Source: Eledone cirrhosa (taxonomy: Eukaryota). From it: a DNA stretch of 64,000 nucleotides. Shown piece after piece: positions 40,760 through 54,855 of the stretch. Numbering within the stretch: position 1 is the first letter of the stretch; every line of letters begins with the position of its first letter. The notes beneath the pieces were generated by a model, which was not told where the DNA came from, searched no databases, and saw nothing but the letters and a program-made list of their open reading frames with translations. The position numbers were made by a program, and so were the translations under genes. Location: positions 363,816,001 to 363,880,000 of the forward strand of contig OZ024740.1 in NCBI GenBank assembly GCA_964016885.1, in the 5' to 3' direction.

Positions 40760-41712
40760 AGTAACTTCTTTATTAGCCACACTGGTTTCATATTAAGGAA
40801 ACATTAAATACAGTACAGAAGAATACAATGTGTGTGTGTGTGTGTTGGCGGAGGGGGGGGGGGATAAAATTTATAATAGAGACTAAGAAAATAAACATTT
40901 AAAAAACAAACATAACAAATTCCCTAAAGGTGAGGAGATTCCAAGGGTCACTCATGGAGAAATCCCACAAAAGCCACAGTCACCCTGTCTGCTAGGGCAA
41001 ATTTCCTTCTCCCAGTTGTTCTCCTCCAATATACAGGCATATGCTCGAGGCAAGCCCATTCATATGGACCATGCTCACCACTCTTATCTCACCCACCTTT
41101 CAACAAACTGCTTGAAAAGTAGCACTTTCCTCTCCACCCTGATTTTCCTCTTCAAATGAAACCTAAAAGAGTTAATCGGAGCTTCTCCAAAGAGGAAAGT
41201 GGCTGTCTTCAACCCTTTCAAATGCATCCCCCCACACAACCTCTTTCACCATGACCACCAAGCAGATAAAAACTACCTGTCATTCTCCTCTAAAGGAAGA
41301 CGGTTGGGTGATCTTCACATTAGACACAGTTGATAGTTGGATCCATCCTACACATGACAGTAGATGCTTGATATTAACCCACAAGTGCGCAATACTTGGA
41401 CACTCAATGAGTACATGCAGCACGGTTTCATTGCCATGCATGCACCTTGGACAGGCCTGACTAATGGCACTTCCATGCCTGTAGAGTTTATCTTGAACTG
41501 GCAAAGCTCCTTGGTGGCACTGCCTGGCCAGGGATTTGTCCATGGGCCTCTGGAAAAGAGTGGCTAATGGATTTTTGTCAATGTTCAGAATCTCCTCAAG
41601 GATGTTGTCACTCTTATCCTCCACTAACCCTCTATAAAACGCTAAGGTGAAGTTTCCACCAATCGTACTGCCCAATTGGCTGGGGGCTGTGAGTGCTTGA
41701 AGACATTCCAGA
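40760..41712 (-). mobile_element. Older Tx1-type 3' fragment
   Basis: GALPVQDKL..CPRC..ETVLH. AAT-rich flanks. Confidence 0.82.
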
Positions 41713-42695
41713 ATAATGATAATAATAATGATTTCTTTTATGTTATAATAATAATAATAAAAATAATAAAAATAATAATTATAATAATTTATTTTGAAAA
41801 AGTGCATAGCAAGTATTGTACGGAAGATGGCTGAGAAATCAGTATTAAGTGCACTGGTTATTAATTTTGACTAGTCATTGGGGATGTACAATGTTAAATG
41901 GGTAATCATGAAATACCTAACTTCAGTATTAATGTTCATAAGATGCTGAATATCATTGTATTTCCAAACTTGTTCAACCCATTCTACAATGTAAAAACAA
42001 GGATAAATTTGATCAGGTTGTCTTAGTGTAATTGTCTATGCAATTGTATGGTCTATAAAATATGCAGGTTCTATTCACATGGATGGTTCTGTCAGATTTT
42101 GTTTTTACATTCAGTAAATTAGTTTGTATTAGGAAATACATCCAGTTCTAGGAAACATACCAAATATGGAATTAGGAGCAAGATGAGGTCCCTTCAGCCT
42201 GTCTGATCTTAGACTGCAACACCCGATCCTACCCATGCCAGAATGGAAGGCAGATGTAAAAGGATGATAATGATGAAGGAGATGATGAAAATTCCAGTTT
42301 ACTCGTTTTATAATTTTTACATTCAATTGTGAAGGACATTTCTATATTCTTGTAATATTTTAAGTAGATTCTTCTGTTTACTACTAGAAAAATGTGGAAC
42401 ATAAATTCAAGCTCCTGTTGTCATTATGTATTGCTTATATAAATGTTTAACTCATTTTAAAAGGTTCTTATTGAAATTCAATTCTTCCAACATAATTTTA
42501 TATAATAACTATTTGTTAGGTTACTAACTTAGTAATGGAAAAATAAATAATTTTAGTAAATCAGCTCATAATTCTTCATTACTTAGAGGGTATGCCATTA
42601 GAAATACAGTCATGAAAGGAAATTATCACTAAATTATTGTTTGATTATTATAATAATTATAGCAACTATAATTATAACAACTCTACGAATTTCAG

Positions 42696-42780
42696 ATTAT
42701 CTTTGAAGCAAGTTCTGGCAATGGAAAAAGGGGGGACATTGCAATTGATGATGTAACCATTTATCCAGGAGAGTGTCAAG
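42696..42780 (+). CDS. Multi-MAM protein exon 8 (end of MAM-C)
   Basis: tttcag|ATT acceptor, G|gtaagt donor. IIFEASSGNGKRGDIAIDDVTIYPGECQ. Phase 0/1. Confidence 0.92.
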
Positions 42781-43175
42781 GTAAGTTTTCATGCTTAACA
42801 TTTTGATGTCACCACTGGTTCAACAATTCAAAACTGTTTGTTTTAATGTGTTTATATTTATATAAAAACCTTCCATCATAGTTCTTTATACAAACCTTTC
42901 TTAAATTATATTCTAAACACCAGCTTAATAAGGAGGAAGTTTGTTATATTACTAAATCCATTCAAATTATTGATTATTAAAAAAAATATTTGAAAACCAT
43001 AGACAGTATCTTCATTAGAAATATGTTAATAAAATGATTAATAATGATACATTTTGTTATATTACTAAATCCCTCCAAATTGAAAATCATCAGCAGTGTC
43101 TTTCATTAGGGAAATGGTAATGAAAGGCCTAATATTGAGAAAATTAGTTACATTAATTACTAAATTACTAAATCC

Positions 43176-43528
43176 CGTCACGCAGTAATACAGGGTACCC
43201 GACCTCCCATGGGTACATGCTGAAGCATATAAACAATATGCCCCCACTCCCCCCACCGCAAGGTGGTCGTGGAGGTGCCACGGCAAAAAAGCACCCAGCC
43301 CACACTGTAAAGTGTACGTGTAGGCGCCACGAAAAAGCACCCAGCACTCACTGTAAATGAGGTTGGTGTTAGGAAGGGCATCCAGCTGTAGAAATCAAGC
43401 CAGATCAGTTCCTGTATGAGCAAGGCATGGTCAGCCGACCAGACACTGCCCACAACAGGACAACCCGTCTAACCCATGCTAGCGTGGAAGAACGGACGTA
43501 AAACGGTGATGATGATGATGATGATGAT
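43176..43528 (+). mobile_element. Short 5'-truncated copy of the 24791-27897 RTE
   Basis: Near-identical to 27546-27897, including the last ORF codons and the (GAT)n tail. Confidence 0.9.
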
Positions 43529-44099
43529 TATATGAAAACCGTAGGCAGTGCCTTTCATTAGAAATATGGTAACAAAAGGGTTAATATTGCTAGCATTGGT
43601 TCAAACTGTAAAACATTTGCTACAACATGTCTTACCAGTCCAATACACACTAGAGGGTTTAAGTAATGCCAAGAAATTTGCAGGAGAGACAGTATCTTGC
43701 AGCTATTAGTGTTGAGAAATTCAGATGAATACGAACATGATCTTATTCCATATTATTATGGAATTAACCCATTCATTACTACATTTCTTATAAAAGAAAC
43801 TGCCTAACATTTTCAACTCATTTTTTAAATAATCAAGAATTTGGAAGGGTTTAGTAATATCAGAGCTGGATTTAGACATCGATGTTTCAGTGCCCTCCCC
43901 TCCTGCCCAACACACAAAATTTAAAATACATATCAAATCCCAAAAATTCCATATTACATCTGCTTATTGCATGTAATTGGAATTAACACGTTATAACAAT
44001 TGTTAAATGAAAATATGCATGTTATATACATAATACTTAAATGTTAAATGTTTTATTTAAATGTACTGTCAAGTTAGTGTCAGGGCTACCACAAAGATT

Positions 44100-46400
44100 T
44101 TAACAACTGTACTAAAAGCTTTAGTTAAAACAAACCAAATCCACTGCAGAAAGTTTAAATGCATCTGTCAATGAAACTAAGCTCTGTAAGTTATACCTAC
44201 ATATGGCTATATGCATCACTACAATATCTTCAAAAAGACTTTCTTTCTACACTTGGAACATATTTAATGTACTCATCAAATTGCATTATCTTAAAAAAAC
44301 TGCTTTCTACATCCTGTTGGCAGGCTTTTATAGGTCATCATGATTCTCAGGTAAATTGTTGTTTGCTAATTGATGAATGATCTCTCTCCTGAACACCAAT
44401 TAACTATTACACTCAAATATATTATGAGAACTTCAGCAACACTTAGAAAATTATCAGTAATCTCTTCATTATGTAATAAAACTGTCTATTGAGATGGCAT
44501 GAAACAGACCTGAGTTTGGAAAAAATGGAGAATTTCTTTTATCACCAGATAACTAAACTGAGAGAAAAAGGCAGTGATAAGTTCTTATCTCTGCATCAGG
44601 TAAACTATATTAGTATGGTAACAAAAAAAAAGGGTTAATATTGTTAGCATTGGTTCAAACTGTAAAGCATTTGCTACATAGTTTTAGAGATATTACATGT
44701 CTTACCAGTCCAATACACACTAGAGAGTATGTATAAGTAATGCCAAGAAATTTACAGGAGAGACAGTATCTTATAGTCATTAGTGTTGAGAAATTCAGAT
44801 GAATACTAACATGATCTTCTTATTCCATATTATTGTTAGGCAACAGATAACTGATTTAAAATGACGTCATGACATTAAAAGTCCTGCATCTGAGTTTTTC
44901 TTCAGGTTAAATGATGATTTCCTCTGTGGCTGATCTTGGATTTGCATCATAATTGTTTCTACTTTTGGCACAAGGCCAGCATTTACCCCAGTACATTACT
45001 GATGCTTTATTTTATCGACCCCATAAGGTTGAAAGGTAAAGTTAACCTCAGCAGTTTTGAACTCAGACAGTAAAGGGCCAGAACTCTATGCTGCAAAGCT
45101 CATAATGTTTGTTTCACTTTCATGGCCTACCTGCTGTTGCTTTTAGTTGTTGATGCCTCATAAGCATTTGGTATGCAGTTCTAACTTTTGATCCCTATCT
45201 TGAAATGATTTCTTAATCTTTTCCAGTGAAACAATTAGATTTGCCACTCTTTGAAAATCTTTATTCCAGATCTTGCCCATCAGATCAGTTTTCAGACAAT
45301 CTATTTTGTCTGCCAATGTCTGTTTCATATTTGTCAAGACTTCACAGTGTGTGCACTTTTCCTTTTTTTCCAAAGTGTTCATTAGATGTGCCCATCTGTG
45401 TTTTGAGACCGAAAAAGGGGTGTATAATCTTTGTGAAACCACAATAATTTGCAACTTCAGTGCAGCAAAAGACAGAAACCTATGCAACAAGATTTAAAGA
45501 GTGAGCAGCACAGGAGATGGAAACAGCTGCTTAGTTCTCATCCTTACATTTAGCTTTCATTTCTATCATTATCATAAAACTCCCCTCTGTCATCTTTGAA
45601 ATCAATATCATCATTTTAAAAGATTCTAGCAGAGAGGTAGCTACTGTTTCAGTTGTAGGCCAGCAAGCCTGCCAGAAAGTAAAAATAAAACCTTTCTACT
45701 AGCTTCCCAGAAACAGAATATTGCTCAATAATTGTTCATTGGTTAACATGAGCTAGGTCTGCTGTGAAATCTATGGAAACTGAGAAGTACCATATTTGAT
45801 GGCATATAGTACTCCCAAAAAGATAAGATCTGCTCCTTGTTTCAGCAGGGAATATTAAGAAAAAACATTAGCCTACCAGATATGCAAACATTGCACATAG
45901 TACACATGTGATATTTTTAAGCTATTTGGTGGGAAACTAGGAATCATATATGTCATCAAATATGGTACTTAGCTTTTTTAAGTTCTGCCACAATATGATT
46001 CTTAAAACATTTTGTCATCAACAGAACAATTTCTTCCTCATAGATTGTTGGTGATAATTATTACTGCTTACCATTTCCAAGATTGCCAAATCCTTTCAAG
46101 TTATACATCAGAAATGGATCAAATTGTGCAATAAGTTCAATAATTCCTAAAAGAATTTAAAGTATGTTTAGATCTATTGATCTGTTCACTACCTCTAAGT
46201 GCCAGATTGCTCGTAGTGAGAAAAATTGTTAAATTCACAACATGGCACAATACATGTTTTTCTAACTCCTAGTCAACATGAAAAGGTTGAAATTGGCTTT
46301 GGCATTGTTTATGGGTTTCCAGAGTTGGCAATAGAACTGATTTAATTTGAAGACAATGATGCATTAATCTTACAAATAGACGAGTCTTAGTACTCCAAAA
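44100..46400 (-). mobile_element. Degenerate hAT transposase (Tip100/ZMYM1-like)
   Basis: Minus strand shows FLTTSNLALRG, GIIELIAQFDPF, SCAAHSLNL (CxxH) and QRLYTPFSVSKHRW. Possible terminus TAAATCTGGCCCT near 48253. Confidence 0.6.
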
Positions 46401-46899
46401 TTGTATAAAGAAGGCAAAAAGGAAAAAAAAGATAAAATATTGTATATAAAATTTGCTGCATTGTATATATTTGCTGCACTGTATATAAAATTTGCTGTTT
46501 TAACATCACAGGTGTTAAAACATAGGCCTCATTTTTACCAAAGTATGGAACTTCCAAAAAACATTCCCAAGTAAGAAAAAAATTAAAACAAAAAACTGTA
46601 AACGTGATTTAGTTCCAACACATGAAAATTTCAAGGGAGAGAAATAGAAAGGAAAAGAGGGGAGAGAGAGTGCGAGATTTACCAACAATTTTTGTTTCCT
46701 AACCACTACAATTTGAAATAATTCAAAAGCAACATCATTCATCATCTCCCTCCTTGAATTATGTTCTTTGTCTTGTCCTTTTCCCTTCTCAGTAACCCCA
46801 TGCATTTTGGTGGCTTCACTGCCTTGTTTATGGTGAGTAAATAAAAAGAAATGATTATTTCTTCCAACATAGCAAATAGGATGCAAGAAATGAAGAAAA

Positions 46900-47649
46900 A
46901 AAAAATAACACACATTGAAGAAGTAATAGTTTCTAGTTTTAATAATAATAGTTTCTTATTTTAAATAGTAAAAATCTCTCAGGAGAGCTGGGCAGCAGAA
47001 AGTCTTCAGAGAAGAACCCCTGCTCCAGCAAGTGTTTTGGCCCTTAACTTACACTCTAAGTGCCCTTCTGCTGACATTTAGCCATTTGGATATTGGAGAC
47101 TTGCCTATTTATACTGTATGGAGATTTTGTTTATAGGATCTAGCTTGGAACTCCTCTTCATTGCCTTTGATTCCTTTTGTTGTGTTGTTGTTCTCATTTA
47201 TTGTGTTGTTGTTGTTGGTTGTGGTGGTATTAGTGTTTGCTACACGTACTTCCTTCTGTGTGTGGATACATGTGACGTTTGTGACGTCAGGCGTGTTCAG
47301 TTGCTTACAAGCAGCAGCTGAAGCTTGTTCCTCTTCTAAATGTTGAGGACTACCTGCTGGTCAAGTAGGCATGGCTTTCCCTTCCCATCTTCTTGTTTTG
47401 ACAAAAAAGTAGGTGCCTTTGCTTCAGCCATTTTAAAAAAATTGAAGTGTTTTGCAAAAATTTTTTTTTAGAAAATATTTTGGATGTTTTTGCCCTGAGG
47501 GGCATATTTTGGGAGACTGACCAGATCAAAATTTGACCTGTCAGTCCCTCTACAAATTGGTATAAAAATAAAAGTTCACAATGACGAATTTCTAAAGAAA
47601 TTTAAACAAAACTTACCGAGCAAGTTTAACACATGTGTCCATCCCAGAG
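46900..47649 (-). mobile_element. Probable 5' end of a Tx1/L1-type element abutting (GATA)n
   Basis: Low-complexity ORF1-like sequence and 5' UTR layout resemble 13000-13790. Ends directly at gatagatagataga. Confidence 0.4.
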
Positions 47650-49519
47650 ATAGATAGATAGATTGGTAGAATGTATTGTCATCATAGTAACTAACACGTT
47701 TTGATTGAAAAGTGGCAATTTTAAGTGCAAGTCTATTAACACATGTGGAAATAAACATGTGTGTGTTTCTGTATTTCCTTCAACATATAGACAACACAAC
47801 ACAAACTTCAATAAAAGACTTTCACTATATAACAGTCTACTATTAACTGGCCATACCATAAGAGGCCATGGTATTATAAATAGTTTCAGTGATAACAACT
47901 GTATTACTGTTATGCACAGCTAGTCAGAATATATAAGATGAGAGGTCTGCCACATAATTTTGCTATTTTTTTTTTTGGGGGGGGGGGGGGGGGATTTTAC
48001 CGTCTAGATGGATGTGCTTCGCAGAACTACCCATACAGAATATGTTCTGGTGTAACTAAAAGATAGAATCAAATCATCACAAAAAATCCATTCTCTCTGG
48101 TATAAAGAACCCCAATGGCAACAGTGGTACCCAGTGGCAGTTGGGGCACCCCATTTAAAGCTTAGAGCACTTCAACTTATAAAGGGGACCCCGTTGTCAT
48201 CAGGAGGGGTGTGAGGCAATGGTGCTTTTTGCTTCCCCATTAAATCTGGCCCTAAGTAATATAGCTAAGTTTCTCACAGAAATTTGGAACATAAATTTCC
48301 CTACATAAAATCATGGTGGAAGGTTTTTATAAATATAAACATATTAACCCTTTTGTTACAATATTTCTCATAAAAGACACTACCAATGAATTTTTAATCT
48401 TTTTAAAAGTAATTCAGAATTTGGAGTAATATAACTAACTTTCTCATTATTAGGTTGGTTTTTCGAACATTACTTAACAAAGGTTGTTTCATAAAATCAT
48501 GATGGAAAGTTGATGTGTAGATAAATATAAAAACTAAATTAATGTCTTTTTATCATAGAACCAGGTGTGGTATGAGATGGCTTAGTATTAAAAGAATTAA
48601 ATACATCAATTATGCCTGCTTAATTTAACATGAATATTAGTCCTGTAGGTATGCCAGATAATTAAGAATTTGGAGCTATTTTTGTACAAAATTAATAAGA
48701 GTCTATGTTAAATCTAGACAATACCTAGATTAGAATCCTCATCGTCATCAGCCTTTTATGTCTGCTTTACATTTTGGGATGGGTTTGACAGGTTATCATG
48801 GTCCAAGACCAAATGGGTTATGGAACCACATCTTGTCCATATGTTCCATATTCAGCATAGCTTCTATAACATTATGGAATTCTTGATGCCAACTCCTTTA
48901 CTGAGTGTACTAGGTGCATTTTATCATGGCACTAGCATTACCACTTTAATGAGTGTATTAGGTACCTTTTATCATGGCACCAGCACCACCTATTTACCGA
49001 GTGTATTGGGTATATTTTTATACGGTTCCAGCACTATCACTTCATAGAATGTAGTGTGTGCTTTTCCTCATGGCATATGCACGAGAAAGGTTATCATATG
49101 TAGCCAAAGTGAAGAGGTGTCTCTACCCTGTATTGTCTCTTTTTAATCACCATCTACTTTACAGAATGTAGTAGATGAATTTATCATGGCACCAGCATTA
49201 GAGAGGAGGTGCTTGTATACTCTTCCAGACTGTAGAGTCTTCTTTATGTTGTTTTCATTCTATGGAATGTACTCAATGCATTTTATTGTGTCATCAACAT
49301 TAAAGAGGATTGTCAGGTACATGACAAGGCCAGAGAGTCCTCTTTATTTTATGTTGTCTCAGTCTATCTACTCAGTGTGATATGGAATGTGTTCCATTAT
49401 AAAAAAATACACTCCCTGTAGTTTATTGTCTCTCACTGTATTTATTTATATATCTAATTGCTTTTATCAATATTGTCAAAATTACCTCCATTTAGCGCTA
49501 TTGCTTTCTTTATTTTCAG

Positions 49520-49666
49520 AAGATATTAGTTTATCACCAGTTGACTGTGACTTTGAAAGATCCGATAACTGTCATTATTTTCAAGACAAGGATGTTGACT
49601 TTTCATGGAAAAAATACTACGGGCATTATTCTGTATATCCCGATCACACAAAACATTCAATATTTG
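49520..49666 (+). CDS. Multi-MAM protein exon 9 (start of MAM-D)
   Basis: tttcag|AA acceptor, G|gtaagt donor. VDCDFERSDNCHYFQDKDVDFSW...PDHT. Phase 1/1. Confidence 0.9.
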
Positions 49667-50490
49667 GTAAGTAGCCTATTATTAACGTTCCATTTTCTCC
49701 ACATAATTTTCTAATCCATGCTATAGTGAACAGCAGATCTTTGACTTTGACAATCTCATCATCTTGCTATCATGAAAACACAGGGGTTAGTGATTAGAGT
49801 GATTGACTGCCAATCATAAGGTCATGAATTTGATACTTGGCAGCATGTTGTGTCTCTGAGCAAAACACTTTATTTCATGTTGCTCCAGTACAATCAGATG
49901 GAAAAAATGATTTGTACATATAATTCAAAGGACCAGCCTTCTCATATAGTGTGTGATGCTAAATATCCCTGAGAACTATGTTATGTTAAGAGTACATGCA
50001 TCTATAGAATACTCAGCCACTTTTGGCACAAGGCCAGCAATTATCTCAGTGCATTACTGGTACTTTATTTTATCGACCCTGTAAGGATGCAGGGCAAAGT
50101 TAACCATGGTGGGATTTGAAAGCAGGCCGTAAAGGGCCGTAACTCTATGCCGCAAAGCAAGGCATCTGACCCTCTACCGATTCTGCCAATCCACGGCCCC
50201 TTATAGTATAATACAAGATAGACTGTACTTGTAATTCAAATGGCCAGACTTGTTACACACAGTCATGCAGAATCTCCTTGAGAACTACATTAACGGTATA
50301 TTTTGTGTGGAATGCTCAACCACTTGCATGGTAATTTCATGAGCAGGCTCTACCAATGGTCAAACAACTGGAACACTGCTCATTGTAACTGATGAAGATC
50401 CAATATCTTGCTATCACCTATAGTAATGCCATGAGGGAGCATGTGTGTATTTTCTCACTTTTCTTTCTGACTCATTTATATTATTATTGT

Positions 50491-50666
50491 TGGCAGTATC
50501 GGTAAGAGTCGGACGCCATGCTTTGAAGCATAGAGTTACCTCCCTTTATGATCTGAGTTCAAATCCTGCCGAGGTTAACTTTGCCTTTCATCCTTACGGG
50601 GTCGATAAAATAAAGTGCCAGTAATGCACTGGGATAATTGCTGGCCTTGTGCCAAAAGTAGAAACA
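50491..50666 (+). mobile_element. Meta-like SINE with 11-bp TSD
   Basis: TSD ATTATTATTGT at 50480-50490 and 50667-50677. Confidence 0.88.
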
Positions 50667-50689
50667 ATTATTATTGTCCACTTGCTTTT

Positions 50690-50985
50690 GTCATCAACAT
50701 TTTACATCTGTCTTACCGTGCTTGCATGGGTTAGATGGGTCCTGTCCAGCATAGCTTACCCCTCTACTCATTGTGTCCCAACATTATCACCTCTGTGAGT
50801 TTCAATATTTTAAGATCTGCTCTCACCACCTCTACCCAGGCCTTCCTCACTCTTTCTCTACTGCAACATTCTTCCACTGCGATCTCTTGGCACTTCTTCA
50901 CCCAACAATTATCATCCATATGCATCACTTGTCTGTACCAGTGTAATCGTCTCTCTTGCACACTACATATCAGTTTCTTTTCTTT
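50690..50985 (-). mobile_element. RTE LINE 3' fragment
   Basis: QERRLHWY...WVKKCQE..W.EVVRADL. Confidence 0.7.
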
Positions 50986-51557
50986 CAGCTCGTCTATGTT
51001 TAATAAAATTTAGTTCATACTATCAGCAATAGGGAGAGACAAATGGTGACATGGTCTCCATTGTCTGATGTGACAATCAGCTCCTTTCCTTAACATTCAA
51101 GGGTTTATATTGACATATAGTTATCATCTAATATTAACATCTAATACAACAAACTATTTTTACTCTTAACATGTTGTACCATATGAAATCACATTAGTAA
51201 GACATCATCATCATCATCATTTAATGTCTATCTTCCATGCTAGCATGGGCTACAAACCCACACTATGATTGCATTACATTAAAAATTAATCTATTTAATC
51301 ACAAACTGTAAATTTTTGTAACAATCTGTCTGGAAAAAAAGATATACTGTAAAGATTTGAATTAAGAAACTCTTCTAATTCATTACAGAATATTAAGAAT
51401 TGATATATATTCACCAACTATTGTAAACATACACTCAATAGCTAATGTTAACATATCTTACATGTCATATTAATATATCTAACAAGTCATCATCATCATA
51501 TGCCTGATTTCCATATCTCAAAAGTCATGTTAATATACATCTAACACATAATTCCAG

Positions 51558-51820
51558 GTGGATTCATGGGTTCTGGCTCATCTAAAGTCCAAGTAGGCAA
51601 AGTATCACGGCTTTGGACACCAAGGTTCACTTTGGAAAATGGGCGCTGTTTAACATTTTGGTACCACATGTTTGGGTCGCGAATAAATACTCTGAATGTT
51701 CATGCAACCAGTTTGAAAGATGTTAACAGAATGGGAGCAGCCATTTGGTCTAGAAGAGGGAGCCAAAGTAATACATGGCTTCAAGAATTTATTCAGTTGC
51801 CAAACTTCATGCAAGTATAT
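51558..51820 (+). CDS. Multi-MAM protein exon 10 (middle of MAM-D)
   Basis: ttccag|GT acceptor, TAT|gtaagt donor. RLWTP...CLTFWYHMFGSRINTLNV...IWSRRGSQSNTW. Same length (263 nt) and phases as exon 7. Confidence 0.93.
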
Positions 51821-51999
51821 GTAAGTATTTCAAGTTAAAAATAAAACTGTTTTTATCTCTATGTTTAGTTGGTATCGAATAGGATTCTAAAACTTTTTAT
51901 ATTCTAATACTCTGATTTATACAAACTTGTATCCGTTAGCTGTTCTATTCACATTTTGGTTGAATCTGAAAAAAAAGGTATATGGAAAAAAGGTATGAT

Positions 52000-52580
52000 G
52001 ACATGATCCATGGAAGCAAACATGCATAATGAACATGGAACAACAGAGAAGGCTGGAAAAACAGAAATGAGAATGATCCAGTGGGTGAGCAAAGCATTGC
52101 TGAGAGAGAGAAGACAAACAAAGAATTACAGAGTTCAATGAAATTAGAGCCAGTTATGAATGCTGTGAAGAGAAATGGAATAATGGAATGAGATGGTTGG
52201 GTCATGTGTTGAAGAAGGATTAAAATGACTGGGTGAGAGGAATAGAGCCAATGATGAATGTTGTGAAGAGAAATGGGATGAGATGGTTAGGTCATGTGTT
52301 GAGGAAGGATGAAAGTGAGTGGTTGGTGGAAATAGAGCCAGTGACAAATGTTTTGAAGAAAAATGATATGAGAGGGTTGGATAATGTATTGAGGAATGAT
52401 GAAGTGACTGGTAAGGTAAGTGATTGAAATAATGTGGAGGGAAATAGGGGATATAGCTGGTTATGCTGGAGAAGGACAGGAAAGCTGGTTAGGGAGCATG
52501 CAGACAATAGGACAAATTGGAAAAGGTTTGTCATGAGGCTCACAAGGCTAATTCTTGTTTAGTAGAGAAAATGATCTTAA
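52000..52580 (+). repeat. RTE 3' fragment with an internal about 90-bp triplication
   Basis: tagagcc anchors at 52145, 52243 and 52333; MRWLGHVLRKD. Confidence 0.65.
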
Positions 52581-53439
52581 AATACTTCTTGTAGTATTTC
52601 AATTTCTGTACCTTGAGACTTTTTTAAGGTGCCTCACATTTTTTAGAATGCTTTCAGGTGTATCCGTCTATTTATTAGCTACTTGTGATGTTGCTTTCTT
52701 GTTTTGTTTAAACTAACACTTAACCAATGAAGGAGAGTCTAACAGCCAAACAGTTGTGACTATAACAACCAAAATGAGGACACTATTCTGAATATACATC
52801 AGTGTAGAGGTTTGGACAACACGCTTTGTAGCAAAGAGTTACAGTCCTTTATGATCTGAGTTCAAATCCCGCCGAGGTTAACTTTGCCATTCATCCTTAC
52901 GGGGTCAATAAAATAAAGTACCAGTAATACACTGGGATAATTGCTGGCCTTATGCCAAAAGTAGAAACAATTATTATCATCATTACTGTTTAACATCTAT
53001 TTTCCATACTTTCATCGGTTAAATGGGCAGTCACATTATGATTCAAGGCAGGGCAAGTGACCATGTCTTGTTCATATGTTCCATTTGGGGGGAGGAGGGG
53101 ACGGTCTGTGCCTCAATGTATTTCCTAATACCAAGGACTTTATGTATACTAGGAGTTTTTCATGGCACCACTACTACCACTTTACTGAGTGTACTGGATG
53201 CCTTTTGACATGGCACCAGCATGACCAACTTAGAGGGCGGATTGGGTGCTTTTTGTTCTAACACTAGCACTAACACTTTACTAGGTGAACTGGATGTTTT
53301 ATAATGTCACCAGTGTTACCTCATTACATTTGAATGCTCATAGTGTCCTTCGCCAAACTGGTGAGAGAGAGAGAGCAAACATCAGGCTACATGTTGCTTA
53401 CCACAGTGGAGTGGTATATCACAGTGAGTTGTACTTGGC

Positions 53440-54420
53440 AGTATATTGTGGAATGATACCTAGTTTCTCTCTCAGTTCATCTGCTCTACTATTACACATC
53501 CATGAGAACATGCATGCCTCATTTCTTTCCAATATTTGTGGTCCAAAGCCCAAAACTTACTGCCATGCAGCATTGCCATTTACTCACAAGCATCACACAA
53601 ACTACTTTCTACTTTGAGGGGAAAAAACTCTTTGTATTTAACATTGGTAGTAACTCCATGAACTTTTCTCCACCAGGTTCTCACTCTGGTTACTGTACTT
53701 TCAGAATACCTTCCTCCACTGCTAATGTTAATTTAGTCACCCAGGTAACAGAAGCTGTCAACTACCTTTCAGCATTTGCTAGAGCTTGTTTCATGTGAGC
53801 ACTCACTGCTTACTGCTCCTGAGCATTAGCCACATACAAAACCTACATTCTTTGCTAGCCTATATGAAACCCCACTATATTTCTTGTGTACCGATAGTCT
53901 CCATTTGGCACAGAGAATGATTCCTTTTCTTGCATAGTGAGCCAGGCCAATTCCATGAAGGGATCAAGGCCTTGTTTTCCTTTCTACATACCAGAACTTT
54001 AATCTTTGGTAACATGAATTTAAATCCTTTCAATTCCAGATTTTCTTTCCAAGTTTGGAATTTCTTCTCTAATTCTGTCACAAATTTAGCTATTAGGACT
54101 AGATCATTGGTATATAGGAATTACCATGAGCAGCCTGTTTTAAACACCATTGTTTGGCCAGGAGAATATCTCATGTCTTTGGTTCACATACTGTGAAATA
54201 TGCATAAATTTGTTAATTTCCGCTTACCTCCTTCCAGAGTGTACCTCTCACATAGCTGTTTTCTCCAGTCTTTATAGTATTTTTCTCTGTTTCCATTATT
54301 CTGCTAATGCCTGTTTCTTAGCCTTAATTGTCTCATCCACCTTACTATTTGGTTATGTTGGGAGATATATACCTCATCAGGGAGGGATTTTGTATTTACG
54401 GCTATCAGTCTATCTCAACT
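53440..54420 (-). mobile_element. Degenerate RTE LINE (family of 24791-27897)
   Basis: ELEKKFQTWKENLE..KVLV..WPGSLC. Confidence 0.7.
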
Positions 54421-54776
54421 TCAGGTATGGATAAAATGTATTTGGGTAGTGAACTCACCTGATTTATAGGTGATCAAGTAATTAGCTTTTCTGAAGATAG
54501 ACAAAGCATACACTTGGAGACATTAGTCTGAATATATCAGTATATAAGATTGATAATTATTTTCAAGATGACTGGAAGATACAACAATAGAAGCTTTGTG
54601 AATATAGCAATTAACATACGGACTCTAATCTGAACTACTTCTTCTTCTTCTTCTTCTTACTAACAAAAGGGTTAAACAAAATTTCTAATTATCGAGTGAT
54701 TAAAAAACCTGTTGTGATCATGTGGTTAGGGTGTGATTATATTCATATTGAGGCTGATTAATTCATTTTATTGCAG

Positions 54777-54855
54777 GTCATCTTTGAAAGTATTAATGGA
54801 GGAGATGTAATAGGTATTGATGATGTCAAGCTTTTAAAATCATGTCCTGAGCCAG
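54777..54855 (+). CDS. Multi-MAM protein exon 11 (end of MAM-D)
   Basis: ttgcag|GTC acceptor, CCAG|gtatgt donor. VIFESINGGDVIGIDDVKLLKSCPEP. Phase 0/1. Confidence 0.9.
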
